Assembly: GCA_013239625.1 (NCBI GenBank)
Contig: MU054220.1
Span: 3,535,374 to 3,599,373 of the forward strand
Length of the DNA: 64,000 bases
Origin: Lama guanicoe
Taxonomy: Eukaryota
Direction of reading: 5' to 3'
Shown here: positions 1 to 13,300 of the stretch, one piece after another
How positions within the stretch are numbered: position 1 is the stretch's first letter
How the letters are laid out: every line of letters begins with the position of its first letter
The notes under the pieces: model-generated
Database searches by the model: none
What the model saw: only the letters and a program-made list of their open reading frames with translations
Told to the model about the DNA's origin: nothing
Translations under genes and position numbers: made by a program

Positions 1-479
1 CTCAAGAATGAAAACCATAAAGCAAGGGACATTGTTTTCATAAAGCTAAATCCATTCAACTTGAAGGACGATCTTTCATTCTGAGTGTTGATATGTTCCC
101 TATTATTTTGGAATTTAAATGTTCGTTCTTTTATGACTGGGTGGTAACAGCATCTATACAAGATGGAGTTAGTTTTATGGGCTTTTTCCCTTATTGGGCA
201 AAATAAAAAGTTGAGAAACGTATAGTAAGTAGTTCCCTCAATTATTTTGGAATGGATATTAGTATATGAAATTAGGAAAGATGGGAATCATTCCAAACAA
301 CCTCCAACATTGTTTCCCCCTCTTTCCCTTCCTTCTTTCATCAAGTCACTCATCTGTCCATTCAATCCAAAAACATTTATTGAAGCACCCCCGCATACCA
401 GAGGAAGCCACTTCCCACACAGAGTTCCAGGGCCCCGAGGAAGACCAACATAGAGACATGTAAACAAATGGACATTTAG

Positions 480-1450
480 GTGAGTTCATATTTTTCTATT
501 GTGAAAATACTGAAGTAGATGCCCTTAGGCATATATTTTGTGTGCTTCTCTCATAATTCCCTTGGAATAAGTTCTGGAAGTGGAATTTCAGGGTCAAATT
601 GTGCACAACTTCACATCCTGAAATCTTTTGCCAAATCGCCCTCCAGAAAGGTACCAATGTCAGTTCTCATTGGCTTTGTGTGAGCCTGCTTGTTTCACTA
701 AACCCTTATGCTGAACATCATCTGTCTGCTTGATTCTCAGTAATTTGATGTGCAGGTGATCTGTCTCATTGCTGTTTTAAATTACATGATATTGTTAGCA
801 AGATGAGCATATTTCCATGTGTTTATTAATCTTTTTGGTTCTTTTGTGAATTGCTTGATCACATCCTTTGTCCATTTTAAATTTGGGATCTTGTGTCTTT
901 TTTATTGATTTATAAATGTAGTTTACATATTAAGGATAACAAAAGCCTTTGAAATCTATAATTTTTCAATATTTTTCAATAGATTTCAAATCTATAATTT
1001 TCTCAATTCAGAAAATTTTTGGTAAATGTATTTATGATATTTTTTGCTATATGGAAATTTGAGTGTTTTGTTCTTTCCTTATGGATTTGTGAGCATAATG
1101 AGAAAGACTTTCTCCTTTAGAAAATTATAAAAACATTCTGTTAGATTTTTTTCTAGTTTTTTTTGTTTAATATTAAAAAAATTGATCCACCTAGAATTTA
1201 TTTTGGTGCAGAGTATAACATAGGGATCAGATTTTATTATTTTCCTTAATGGATATCTAGTTGTCTTAACATCATTCTATGATAATTCATCCATTTCTTA
1301 TTGCAGTACCATCTTTATCTCGTGCTAAATTTCCATTTCATACATATATCTATTTTTTGTCTCTCTAATATGTATATTGATCATTTGTCTCTTTGTTCAG
1401 TACCAAACTGTTTAAATTTCTATAGCTTCATATATTTTAATATTAGATGA
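480..1450 (-). mobile_element. Old LINE-1 (L1M-type) ORF2/3' fragments
   Basis: T-rich antisense L1 motifs, e.g. tgatccacctagaatttattttg and gatgagcatatttccatgtgttta. Confidence 0.7.
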
Positions 1451-3499
1451 GACATAGCCCCCACTTTACCTGATCTTTTTATTTTAATTAACTGGGTCTA
1501 ATTCCTAGAGGCAGAAATTTTGACTCTTAGATGGTATTTTCCTTTATACTCCAAATTGTAGGTTTACATGGCTAGCTTTTGATTAAACAATTTCAGACAT
1601 TATCTGTTGATTTTCTGACATGGTGAATGAGTCTTCCATCCATTTACAGTCTGTCTTCCCTCATGCCTCCCCTCCCCACCACCACCTTGGGCTCAGTCTG
1701 GTCACATCTCAGTGTTGGGCTGTGTCCCTGCTCAGTGTGTTCATTACAACAACCATGTGAATGTTGTGAATTGCTAAGCCAAAGACACACTGTAATTAAG
1801 TTTCCTTGATTTTACAGCTTTTCTTTTTTCCTAGAGTTCATAATAGGCCTGTTGGTTTTCATTTGTTTAGTTTTTTTTTAAACACTTAAGATTTTATTCC
1901 AACACTGTAGAATGCCTTTCACTACAATTTTCAACATCCTCAAACCTGTTAGATTATATAACAGAACCTTTCCCACCCACCCCCAGAGGTTTTTTTTCTT
2001 ATATGAGGGATCAGAAAACTTTCTGAACAGAGTCGGATAATGAATACTATAGGATTTGTGAGCACCCTAGGAGTCTCTGTTACATATTCGTGTTGTGTTT
2101 TGTTTTCTTTTATTTACAACCTTTTATTCAGCATGAGTTGAGATCCACTCATGTTGTTGCTTGAACCAGCAGTCTGTCCATTTTTAGTGTTGAGTAGCAT
2201 TTCATTCCAAGGATATACCACAATTTCTGTCTTTTTTATTGTACTTTCTCAGAGATTTCCATGACCTTATGTTTTAACATTTACACTCTTTTTAAAAAAA
2301 AATTTCAGCACTCATATTTTAAATTTCCATCAAGAAATGAGATTTCTCATTCCCTGTTTCTTACAGCTTCTTTTATTTTTAATGAATGCAACGTTTTCTC
2401 TAGGAGTGCCTTCTTCCCCTGTATTCTGTGTATTATCTGCTTCCTTCAGTTTCTTTCACCCTTATTGATTGTATTCTCTTTCATGTCAGGCAGGGCTTTT
2501 GTGAAATGTCCAGTGATCCTTGGCTGCCTTTTCATATCTGAGAGTGAAGCTCTGAGTAGGCTGTGTGCCTGGGTGGGTGGGATTTGTAGACAGGGCTTAC
2601 TGGAGGCTGAAGCTGGCCAATTCCCCTGGGTGGGATGGGTCTTCCCTTCATTTACAAGGATGATCTACCACCCTCCTATCAGTGATGTGTGTGCAGGGGA
2701 CAGGGGTGGGAGTTGGGGATAGTAAGTCTAGTCCTGGGCTGACTTCAAAGGGATGCTAGATCAGAGGGACCTCTAAGTTTGGACCTGAGTGGAGATGAAG
2801 CTGGAGGTCTCAGATGTCTCCTTACTCAACCATTTTTAATTCAGCACTTTCCCACCTTCCACAGCGTCTGATGAAACAGAGTTAGAAGACCTTCTGTGTC
2901 CATTTCTCTACAAAAGGCATCTCTGGTGGTCTGCAGAGACAGAAGGTTAGCCCCTTGACTGCCATGGGTGGGGTTGGGATGGGCAATCTGGGGATCTCAC
3001 CAGGTCTTGTATAAGATTTTGATAAAAGATCCCTGTATTTCCAGCCACCGGATTCACCTCAGCCTTCTAAGATACCTGGCCCCTCCTATCCTGAGCTTTT
3101 CTGGTGGTGAGCAAATCAGTGTCCTCCTTTCCCAAGGCCCCCACCGGGCATTCAGATTTGACTCTTCCTTCTCTGCATCAGCATCTCGTTGTTCAGCTGC
3201 CTTCCATCTCACATCCTGATCTTAGGTATCTGACGTGTACTTCTTTCATCCAATGCGGGTTCTGTGTTATATTTCTCCTTCTTGTTTGAGGCTGATCTTC
3301 AAGAAGAAAGGAGATGGAAACCTCTTCACTTCACCCTAATCTGGTAGGCATCCATTATTCTTAAAAGGATAATTTTGTCCTGTTGTCATCCAGTTATCAT
3401 TCCAGGTAAAATTTAGAATAAAATTGAAAGTTTCCTTTTATTTCTGCCCCCACCTCAAAAAAATCACACTGAGATTCTTCTAGAAAATAGATATTTTTT

Positions 3500-3905
3500 T
3501 AAAAACAGTTTTACATTTACAGAAAAATTGTGAAGAGTTCCCATACATCCCTTGCCTGGTTTCTCCTATTATTTACGTCCTACGTTAGTGTGTTACCTTG
3601 GTTACAATTAATGAACCAATACTGATACACTGTTATTAACTGAAGTTCACAGTTTATTCAGATTTCCCTAGTTTTTATCTAAACTCATTTTTCTGTTGCA
3701 GGATTCCATCCAGGATAATCATGTCACACTTAGTCATTATGTCTCCTTGGGCTGCTCTTGGCTGCGACAGTTTCTCAGACATTCCTTTTCAATGACCACA
3801 ATTTTGAGGAGTATTGGTCAGGTATTTTGTAGAATGCCCCTCCATTATAGTTTATCTGATGTTTTTCTCAAGGTTAGAGCGAGGTTATGGGTTTTGGGGA
3901 GGAAG
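3500..3905 (-). mobile_element. L1MC-like 3' UTR fragment
   Basis: tttacagaaaaattg...gttacaattaatgaaccaatactgatacac signature. Confidence 0.7.
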
Positions 3906-3909
3906 CCAT

Positions 3910-4620
3910 CAGGATTTTGATGGAATGCCATTCAATTTATAGGATAATTTGAGGAGAATTGGTATTTCCACAATATTGAGTTTTCCGCCAGGGATGTGGT
4001 ACATTTCTCCATTATATTCAAGTCTTCTCTTACAATCTTCAGTGAAGTTTTGTAGTTTGCTTCTTATGGACCTAACATATTTCTTGTTAGGTTTATTTCA
4101 AGGTATTTTATAAGCTTTTGCTGGTATTGTGAGTAGAGTCTTTTCAATTACATTTATTTTCTAAATTCTTCTTGCTGTTTTATTGGAAAGCTACTGATTT
4201 TTATAAATTTATATTCTGACTGGCTATCACATATTGTTTATGACAGCTCTGAAACAGCTCTGAATTGATGCTCTTGATTTTTTTTGAAAGATAAGAGGAT
4301 CTCAGGCAGATAGTTATTTTGCCTCTTTCTTTTAAATATTTATGGATCTTAGTTAAATTTCTCATATTATCACATTAGTTAGAAGTTCAAAAATAATAGT
4401 GATTAGGAGTGGAAACAGCAGGCATCTTTGTTTTGTTACTGTTAGTGTAACACTTTCACTTTTTTTTTTGATGTTTCCTGCAGGTTTCTGATGACCTCTT
4501 TCCTACATGTTGAAAATATCCTTCTGTTCCTATTTTAATAGCAGTTTATATTAGAAATGAAAACTGAATTTTATCAATGCCTCTTCTGGTATCTGTCTGA
4601 ATTATCACCTATTTTTCTAC
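3910..4620 (-). mobile_element. Old L1 ORF2 fragment
   Basis: Antisense L1 motifs aatttataggataatttgaggagaattg and ttcttgttaggtttatttcaaggtatt. Confidence 0.65.
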
Positions 4621-6139
4621 ATTATACTCTTATATAACTGTAGAGACAGCCGTAACTATTGCTCCATTTTTGTTTCCTTTCATGTTGTCCAGGCTCACTG
4701 AAGGGAAACTTCTCTGCCAGCCTTTGTCCCCTACAGCTGGGGTAAAGCTCACCCAAGTCTCCCTGTTCCATTGGCCACCCTCAGAGGGCGAGGTGCACAT
4801 ACGGAAATCAAAGGATGACCTGCCTACACAATTGCTGAATGAGCTCACATCAGCTGCTGATGATCTAGTCCTTTGTTTAGAAATAGCAACAGACAGTGGA
4901 AACTCCCTGGATGAGTGAAGAGAATCAGTGGCCTAAACTGAATAATCAGAGCAAATGGCCCATGCTGAAGTAGAGGTAATGCAGGAAACAGAAGAAAACT
5001 TTAGTCTACCCCTATGTCCTTTGAGATTCATGAGCATATTTTATTGATAAGATAATCTCAGGCTGTTAGAAAAAGAAGCAAGTGGAAGCAAAAAGTTATT
5101 GAGGACTAACATAAACCTGATTCCAGAACTAAGAAGGCCACTCACACAAAAGCTTATAATATAAACAATTGGTATGTAGCAGTATATTACAAGAATTAGT
5201 TACCTTTACATATTTCACTCTGGGAATTCAAAGATGATTTGACAATTATCAAAGCCAATAATGCACTGAATTTTTGCAAATTATTGTAGAGATGGAACAC
5301 CTCCATCTAAATGTCACTGGTTGTGGGGGTGCTCAAGTGGCAAAGACCCATTTGGCCTAACATGCTATCTGCACCAAAAGAGACCAGAGCCAGTGAGGAA
5401 GGCGAAGTCAAAGGTACAGCAGGGAGGTGACACTATGGAGAGAAATTTCCCTATAATTTGGGGGTGTGTTAGGGGTAGTGTGTGGCCCATTCCTAGACAG
5501 GCTGTTGCTCCTCTCTCCCAAGCAAGATGGCTGAGCTTTCAATGTGTGACTCCTGCTCAGCCTTTGCTGCCTCCTGGATGACTTCAGAGATTGGAAAAGT
5601 GTACCCATCAGAGGATTTCTAAAGCATCCATTGCTGTATTTAGGTGCTTCTCCATAGTTAGCTAGATGATCCTGGGTAAGTTGCTCTCTTTCTGGATTTC
5701 CTGTAAGAGGCTGACCTCAGTGCCCTTAAAGGTCACTTCTGTTCCAGCATCACTTTGAAGTCAGACTTTGAGTAGCCCAGGGGCAGATTGTGACAGGATC
5801 CTGGAACAGGATGGAAATAGAAATAGAAAGGAAATGACTGTAGCTTCATAAACAATCACTGTACCTTTCAGGAACATATCTTTCCAATCTGCAAAGTTCT
5901 AAGGGAAGTACTTAATGATTCTCAAGGTCACTTTCATTTTTAAATTGTTGTTTTAAAAATAACATTTAGGACTTTCTTCTTTGATTATAAAAATAATACA
6001 AATTCAATGAAGAAAACCAAGAGGAAAACGTTAAAATAAAACAACCACAGTATCACCACCCAGAGCTAAGGTTCATGCTCAAGTTCAGAGCTTGATTTAT
6101 GCCAATTTGGTGTGAATGTAGTGAGAGGGACACTGTGGG

Positions 6140-6680
6140 TGGGTTGCCTGTTCAATGCAATCTCTCCCATGGCCACTCACTCCTCCTTGGCTGGCAAAGC
6201 CCTGGTTTAATTGGTATCCAACTTCCTTGCAGCCATAGGCTCAGGGGAAGCTCTCTCTCTATAGCACAGCTCCAGGGAATCCAATCGTGATTGGTCAAAG
6301 ATGACAGTAGTCTGTGATTGGGTTAGGCATGGACAAGTGTTACAGTTTTGACCAGTGAGATACACGGGGGATGACTTTGGGGATGTGTTTATCTTCCTCT
6401 GAGAAATACACAGGAGGTGAGGGTCTTCTTTCTGCCTTGACCTGGCTCTATGAGGGGGAGATTCTGGAAGCTACTGCAACCATCTAGCAAGCAAGGAGGG
6501 GCTAGACTGAGAGTAAAAACCAACACCCAGGAAAAAACTCAGGTCCTAGAAACATTATTAAGCAACTTAATTAGACAATCCTTATCTTTGGACTCCTGCA
6601 ATGTGAGGTAATAAATTGCCCTTATTGTTAGAATGGCTTTTAAGATGGTGTTTTTCATTTGCAGCTGAAACCATTCTGTT
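6140..6680 (+). mobile_element. ERVL-type solo LTR (LTR16-like)
   Basis: tgattggtc...tgattgggttaggcatgg and terminal atgtgaggtaataaattgcccttattg...tttgcagctgaaacc, typical of the LTR16 family. Confidence 0.6.
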
Positions 6681-6799
6681 GTAAATAGGATCAGATTGCA
6701 TGCATAATTTTGAACACTTGCCTTTCATTTAGCGATATGTCATGAACATTTTCATAAGTCAGTAACTTTTTGTCTAATTTTTAATAGCTGATTATATTT

Positions 6800-9120
6800 A
6801 ATATGTTGTGCCAAGAGCAGCCCAAGAAATAGGGCATTTCCAGCCCCAGAAGGCCCCTTGGTACAACTTCCCAGCCAACACCTCCCAGAGGCAACCACTA
6901 CTCAGATTCATCACTACAAGTAAGTTTTCCCAATTCTTGAACATCCATGTAAATGGAATTATATAGTTTGTATATTTTTAAGTCTCCTCCTTTTGATCAT
7001 CATTATATCTGAGATTCACCCAGATTGGTGAGAACTGAGAAGTTTGCTAGCGTCATTGCTGAGTAGCGTTCCCTTGTATGAATATACCAGTGATCCATTA
7101 CACTGTTGATGGACATTTAACTTTTGTCCAGTTCTTGGCTATTTTGAATAAAGCTACTATAAACATTTTGGTACATTTTTGGATGGACAGGTGTATAGTG
7201 ATATCTCTTGAGTAGTTACCTAGGATTCAAATTGCTTGATGATGGGGTAAGCATATGTGTAACTTTTTACAAAATTTTTAAAGAGTTCTCCAAAGTAATC
7301 ATATCAATTTACTTTCCCCAAAACAATATATGAGGGAGTCCCAGGTTTTTCATATAACTGTCGGCACTTGGTATTGTCAAGCTTTGTTTTCACTCACATT
7401 AGAAGACGTGATGTAACGTCTCGTTGTGGTTTTAATTGCCCTTTTCCTGATGAATAATGACGTTGAGTACCTTCTCCTGTGTGTATTGGCCATTTGGATA
7501 CTGTCTGTTAAAGTGCTTATGTTTTATGACCAATGTCTTTTATTTATTTTTCAGATATATATATTGTGGGTATCTCCTCCCAGTATGTGCTAACTTATTT
7601 TTTCACTCTCTTGATGTCTTTCAATAAACAGAAGTTCTCAGTTTTAATGAAGTCTACTTTATGGTTCATGTTTGGTTTTTTGTTTTTTTTTTTTTGTTTT
7701 TTGCATTCTGGTTAAGAATTTTTTTGCCTATCCCAAGGTCATAAAGATAGTCTTCCATGTTTTCATCTAAAAGCCTTATTGTTTTGTCTTCCACATTTAA
7801 ATCTATGATCCATTTCAAAAGAATTTTGCATGGCATGAGGTAGGGATCAAGGTTTATTTTTATCCATGTGGATAGCCAATTGATGTAAGAACTATGGACC
7901 ATTTATTTTAAAAGCATCCTTTGCCCCCTGAAATGCAATGGCCCATTGTCAAAAATCAATTGACTATATAAATGTGGGTCTGTTGCTAACACTATCCTAC
8001 TACATTCTTTTATTTGTTTATCCTTGCACAAAAACCACATAGTCTTCTTAATCATTGTAGCTTTCGATTTTAAGTATTAATATCTAGCAATGTGAATCCC
8101 CCAACTTTGTTCTTCAAGACTATTTTGGCTATTCTGGTTTCTCTGCATTCCCATGCATATTTTAGAATCAGATCTTCAATTTCTTTCTGGGATTTTGATT
8201 GAAATGGCGCTGAATCTATAAATCAGTTAGGAGAGAGATTGATATTTGGAGAGAAACAGTATCGAGTCTTCCAATCAATAAATATGGAATGCCTATTTCA
8301 TGTCTTATTTAATGTCTCTCAACAATGATCTATAATTTTCAATGTAGATATCTTATAATTTCTCGTTATTTTTATTCTTAAGCGTTTGATTTTTAAAATT
8401 CACTTGTTAATGGTGGCTTTTAAAATTCTATTTCCAGTTGGTTTTAATATTATATAGACATACAATTAATTTATGAAAAGTCACTTGTTTAAGCCACCTT
8501 TCCAGTTTTGCTTATTAATTCCAATGGGTTGTTCATAGATCCTTTTGAATTTTAGACATACACCATCTTATGCCGTATGTGAAAAATGTTTCTTTCATTT
8601 TCTCTCTTCCATCTTATACCTTCTAATTCTTTGTTGTTGTTGTTGTTGTTTTGCCTTATTTTACTAGCTAGGATCTTCGGTATAATGCTGAGTAGAAGTT
8701 GTGAGAGTAGCCTTCCTTGTCTTGAGCCTAACATCAAGGGGCACAAGGGGAGAGCATTCACTATTTCACCATTAAAAGATGTTAGCCGAGCATTTTTGTA
8801 GATACCATTTTAGAATAAGAAAGTTCATTTCTCTTCCTACTTTTCTGGCAGTTTATTATGACTAAGTGTTGAATTTTGTCAAACAATATTTCTGTATCTA
8901 CTGAGATGATTTTACAATTCTTTATTCTGATAATGTGGTAAATTGCATTGAAAGAAAATGTTCAAGTAACCTTGCATTCCTGGAATAAAAACCACTCGGT
9001 CCTGCCCTATTATTATTTTTAATGTGTCACTAGATTCAATTTGCTAATATTTCGCTTAGGATTTTTATATTTATATTTAAGAGAGAGATTGGCCTGTGGG
9101 TTTTTTTCTTTCTTGTAATT
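6800..9120 (-). mobile_element. L1M (L1MB/MC-like) 3' UTR plus ORF2, antisense
   Basis: Minus-strand ORF remnants NWLSTWIKINLDPYL and GSRQGRLLSQLLLSII are L1 ORF2 motifs. Confidence 0.85.
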
Positions 9121-9122
9121 TA

Positions 9123-9620
9123 CAGATCTTCCCAGACTTACGATAGGATTTCATCTCAATAAAACCATCATAAGTTGAAAATATCATAACTTGAAAATAT
9201 GCATAATACACTTAACCTACTGAACATCGCAGCTTAGCCTCTCCTACTTTAAACGTGCTCAGAACACTCATATTAGCCTCCAGTTGCGCAAACTCATCTA
9301 ATACCAAGCCTATGAATCATAAAGTATTGCATATCTCATGTAATTTATTGACTACTATGCTGAAAGTGAAAAACAGAATGGTTGCATAGGAACAGAATGG
9401 TTGTGAGAATATCGATTGTTTACCTTCGTGATCACGTGGCTGGCAGGGAGCTGCATCTCCTGCTGCTGCCCAGTAGCACAAGAGAGTATCTCACTGCGTA
9501 TCACCAGCCCAGGAAAAGAGCAAAATTTAAAACACAGTTTCTACAAATGCATATTGCTTTTGCACCATCATGAAGTTAAAAAAAATGTAAATGGAAGCAT
9601 TATAAGCTGGGGACTGTTTG
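9123..9620. mobile_element. TcMar-Tigger non-autonomous DNA transposon (MER47/Tigger5-like) inserted in L1
   Basis: Imperfect terminal inverted repeats (cagatcttcccagacttacgat / ttataagctggggactgtttg) flanked by TA on both sides; internal cttaacctactgaacatc motif. Confidence 0.85.
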
Positions 9621-9689
9621 TATGATAAAATGTTAGACTTTGTTATCACAGTTATATGGGCTTTGTAAAACAAGCTTGGAAGCGTTCTC

Positions 9690-10880
9690 TTTTTTTTATT
9701 GAAGTATAGTCAGTTTACAATGTTGTGTCAATTTCTGGTGCACAGCACAATGCTTCAGTCATACATATACATACATATATTCCTTTTCTTATTCTTTTTC
9801 ATCTAGGTTGCCACAAGATATTGAATATAGTGCCCTGTGCCATATAGTTTAAACTTGTTTATCTATTTTATATACACCAGTCAGTATTTGCAAATCTCAA
9901 GCTCCCAATTTATCCCTCCCCACCCCTGGTAACCTTAAGTTTGTTTTCTATGTCTGTTTGTCTGTTTCTGTTTTGTAAATAAGTTCGTTTGTCTTTTTTA
10001 GATTCCACATATAAGTGAGATCATAAGGTATTTTTCTTTCCCTTTGTGGCTTACTTCCCTTAGAATGACAATCTCCAGGTCCATCATGTTGCTGCAAATG
10101 GCATTATTTTATTCTTTTTATGGCTGAGTAGTATTCCACTGTGTAAATATATTATAACTTCTTTATCCAGTCACCTGTCAGTGGACATTTATGTTGTTTC
10201 TATGTCTTGGCTATTGTAAACAGTGCTATGAACATTGGGGTGCATGTATTTTTTCAAATTAAAGTTCCCTCTGGGTTTATGCCCAGGAGTGGGATTGTTG
10301 GATCATATGGTAAGTCTATTTTTAGTTTTTTGAAGAATCTCCATACTGTTTTCCATAACAGCTGCACCAAACTACATTCCCACCATTGAGCATGTTTTTC
10401 ATGTGCTTATTGGCCATTTGTATGTCTTCACTGGAGAATTACTTGTTTAGGTCTTCTGCCTATTTTTTTGGACTGGGTTTTTTTTTCATTATTATTAAGT
10501 TGTATGAGCTGTTTGTATATTCTGGAAATTAAGCCCTCTTCAATCTCATCTTTTGCAAATATTTTCTCCCATTCTGTAGGTTGTCTTTTTGTTTTGCTTA
10601 TGGTTTCCTTTGCTGCACAAAAGCTTATAAGTTTAATTAGGTCCCATTTGTTTGTTTTTGCTTTTATTTCTATTTCCTGGGTAGACTGCTCTAAGAAAGC
10701 ACTGCTAAGATTTGTGTCAAAGAATGTTTCCCCATGCTTTCTTCTAAAAGGTTTGTAGTGTCTTGTCTTATGTGTAAGTCTTCAATCTTTTGGAATAGTT
10801 TGAGAAGGATGAGTATGAGCTCTTCTTTGTATGTTTGATAGAATTCCCCAGCGAAGCCATCTGGTCCTGGATTTTTGTTT
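9690..10880 (-). mobile_element. Younger camelid-type LINE-1, 5'-truncated with internal junctions
   Basis: Poly(T) at about 9690 and a 3' UTR highly similar to the copy at 21.7 kb. ORF2 motif [30 protein letters not shown]. Confidence 0.85.
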
Positions 10881-10884
10881 GCAT

Positions 10885-13300
10885 GAAGGAGAAGTGTTTT
10901 CTCTTCCTCTATTTTCTGTAAGAGTTTATATAACATTGACATCGTTTCTTCCTTAAATCTTTGGAAGAATTCATCAAAGAAGATATTTCATCCCAGACTT
11001 TCCTTTGTAGGAAGATTTTGAATTAAAGATTCAGTTTTTAAAAATGAATATCAGACTACATTTTTACTTTTTCTTGTGTGGTAAGTTACATATTCCTTAT
11101 TGCACTGGCTGAAACTATCAGTACAATATTGAATAGAAGTGTTGAGAGTAGATATCCTTGTTTTATTGCTGATTTTCAAGGAAAAACATCTGGTCATTCA
11201 TTAGCATGAAATTAGCTAAAGGTTTTCTGTTTCTCTCTCTCTGTCTCTTTCTCATCTAGTTGTATCTGTCTGGATCTAGATCTCCTTTTTATCAGGTGGA
11301 GTAAGTTTCCATCTATTGCTAATTTGATGACTGTTTTTTAAAAAAATCATGAATGGGTGTTGAATTCTGTTAAAATAATTAACTGTTAATGGGTGAATTA
11401 CACTGACTGCTTTTGAAATGTTAAATCCACATGATTGGGAAGAACCTCAGATGGTCATGATGTATCATCATTTTTATATGTTTCTGAATTACATTTGCTA
11501 ACATTTTTGCTTTTTAATAGATTTTTTGAGGTTTAGACTTACAAAAAATTAAGACAGTACAGAGTCCCTAAGTTCCCCTCATCCAGTTTCCCATATTATT
11601 TATTATTAACATCTTACATTAATATTATTAGCTTATTATTAACTAAAATCTATGATTATGCAGAGTTTAGTCCGTCGTCTTTTCCTAGTTTCATTAAGTA
11701 GAAATTTACATTTGATCTTAACCAAAAGGCCAGGAAGCAATCATTAGGTAGAAATTTAAACCATTGAATTTGATTTGTTGTTTTCTAATGTAAGTAGTTA
11801 ATGGCATATTCTAAGCACTACTTTAGCTACATTCCACACATTTTGAGATGCTGAATATTTGTTATTATTCAGTCCAAAATATTTTCTACTTTTTTCTATA
11901 ATTTCTTCTTCAACCGATAAATTAAAGTTGCACTATTTAATTTCTAATTATTTGGGGATTTAAAAAATATCTTCTTATTGCTAATATCCAATTTAATTCC
12001 ATTGTAGACAGAGAAGACATTTTGTAAGATTTTAATCTTTTGAAAAAATTTGAGGCTTTATTGTGACCTACCATGTAGTCTGTCTTGGTGTGTGTTGTAT
12101 ATGCTCTTGCAAAGAACATACATTTGTGTGTAGTTTGGTGTAGCATTCTGTAAATGACAAATTAGATCAAAGTACTTTATACTCTTACTCACATCGTCCA
12201 TATCTTAACTGAGTTTTGGTCTGTTTGATCCATCAGTTTCTGGGAAAGGAGTGGAACATCTCCAAACCTCTTTGTAGGTTTTGCTATTGCTCCCTTTAGT
12301 TTTGTCAGGCTTCTTTCTTCCTCATGGGTATTGAGGAATTTCTCGTTGTGTAATTAGGAATACACATGTCTATAATTTGGTGCTTTTAACATTGTGAAAT
12401 GTTCTTTATTTCAGCTGACAGTGCTTGTTTTGAGACATATTTGATCTGATATTAATAATACTGCTTCCAGCTTTCCAGTGCTTGCATAGTTTTTCTTTTT
12501 CCATCCTTTTACTTCAACCTAACTATATCTCTATATTGAAAGAGTTCCTCTTATATACAGCAAAGAGTTGGTTCCTGCTCTTTTAGCCAGTCTGATAAGC
12601 TCTCTTTTTAACTTGAGTATTTAATCCATTTGCATTTAACATAATTATTGATGTAGTTGAATGTAGGTCTATCAATTTTGCTATTGATTCCCCACTTGCT
12701 CCGTGCATCTTTTACTGCTGTTTCTCCTGTTCTGTTTTCTTTTGAGTTAAACATTTAAAAAATAACCTTTTAATTCTCTATTGACTTTTTGGCTAAGCTT
12801 CTTTGCATTATTTTGTAGTATGTACTCCAGGGATTTCAATACAAAGCCCTAGGTTATCAGCCATATTGTATCACTTCACATCAAGGCTAAGAATTTTGTA
12901 ACAGTCTCCTGGTTGTGTTGCTTTTATCATATATATTACACCTATATACATTATCAACTCCAAAATACAGTGTTATGACTTTTGCCTCAATTTTATGCCT
13001 TTTAAATAAACTAAGAGAATAAAATACATTTTTTTCTTTAATAACTACCTACATGTTTGCCATTTGGGGAGTTCATTCCTTCCTGTAAATCAAAGTTTTC
13101 TTCAGGAGTAATTTGCCTTCAGCTTGAAGAAATTCTTTTTGTATGTCTCGTAGAGCAAGGAACTCAGCTGGTAATATATTCTCTGAGTTTTCCTTTATTT
13201 AAAATATCTATTTCCCATGATTGAAGGATATTTTTTTCTGGATATACAATTCTGGATTCATTATTTTTTCATTTTATAGTGCCTAAGATAGTTTTTTGAA
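10885..13300 (-). mobile_element. Continuation of older L1 ORF2 with nested fragments
   Basis: Endonuclease-region remnant TKTDYMVGHNK on the minus strand; continuous antisense L1 composition. Confidence 0.8.
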
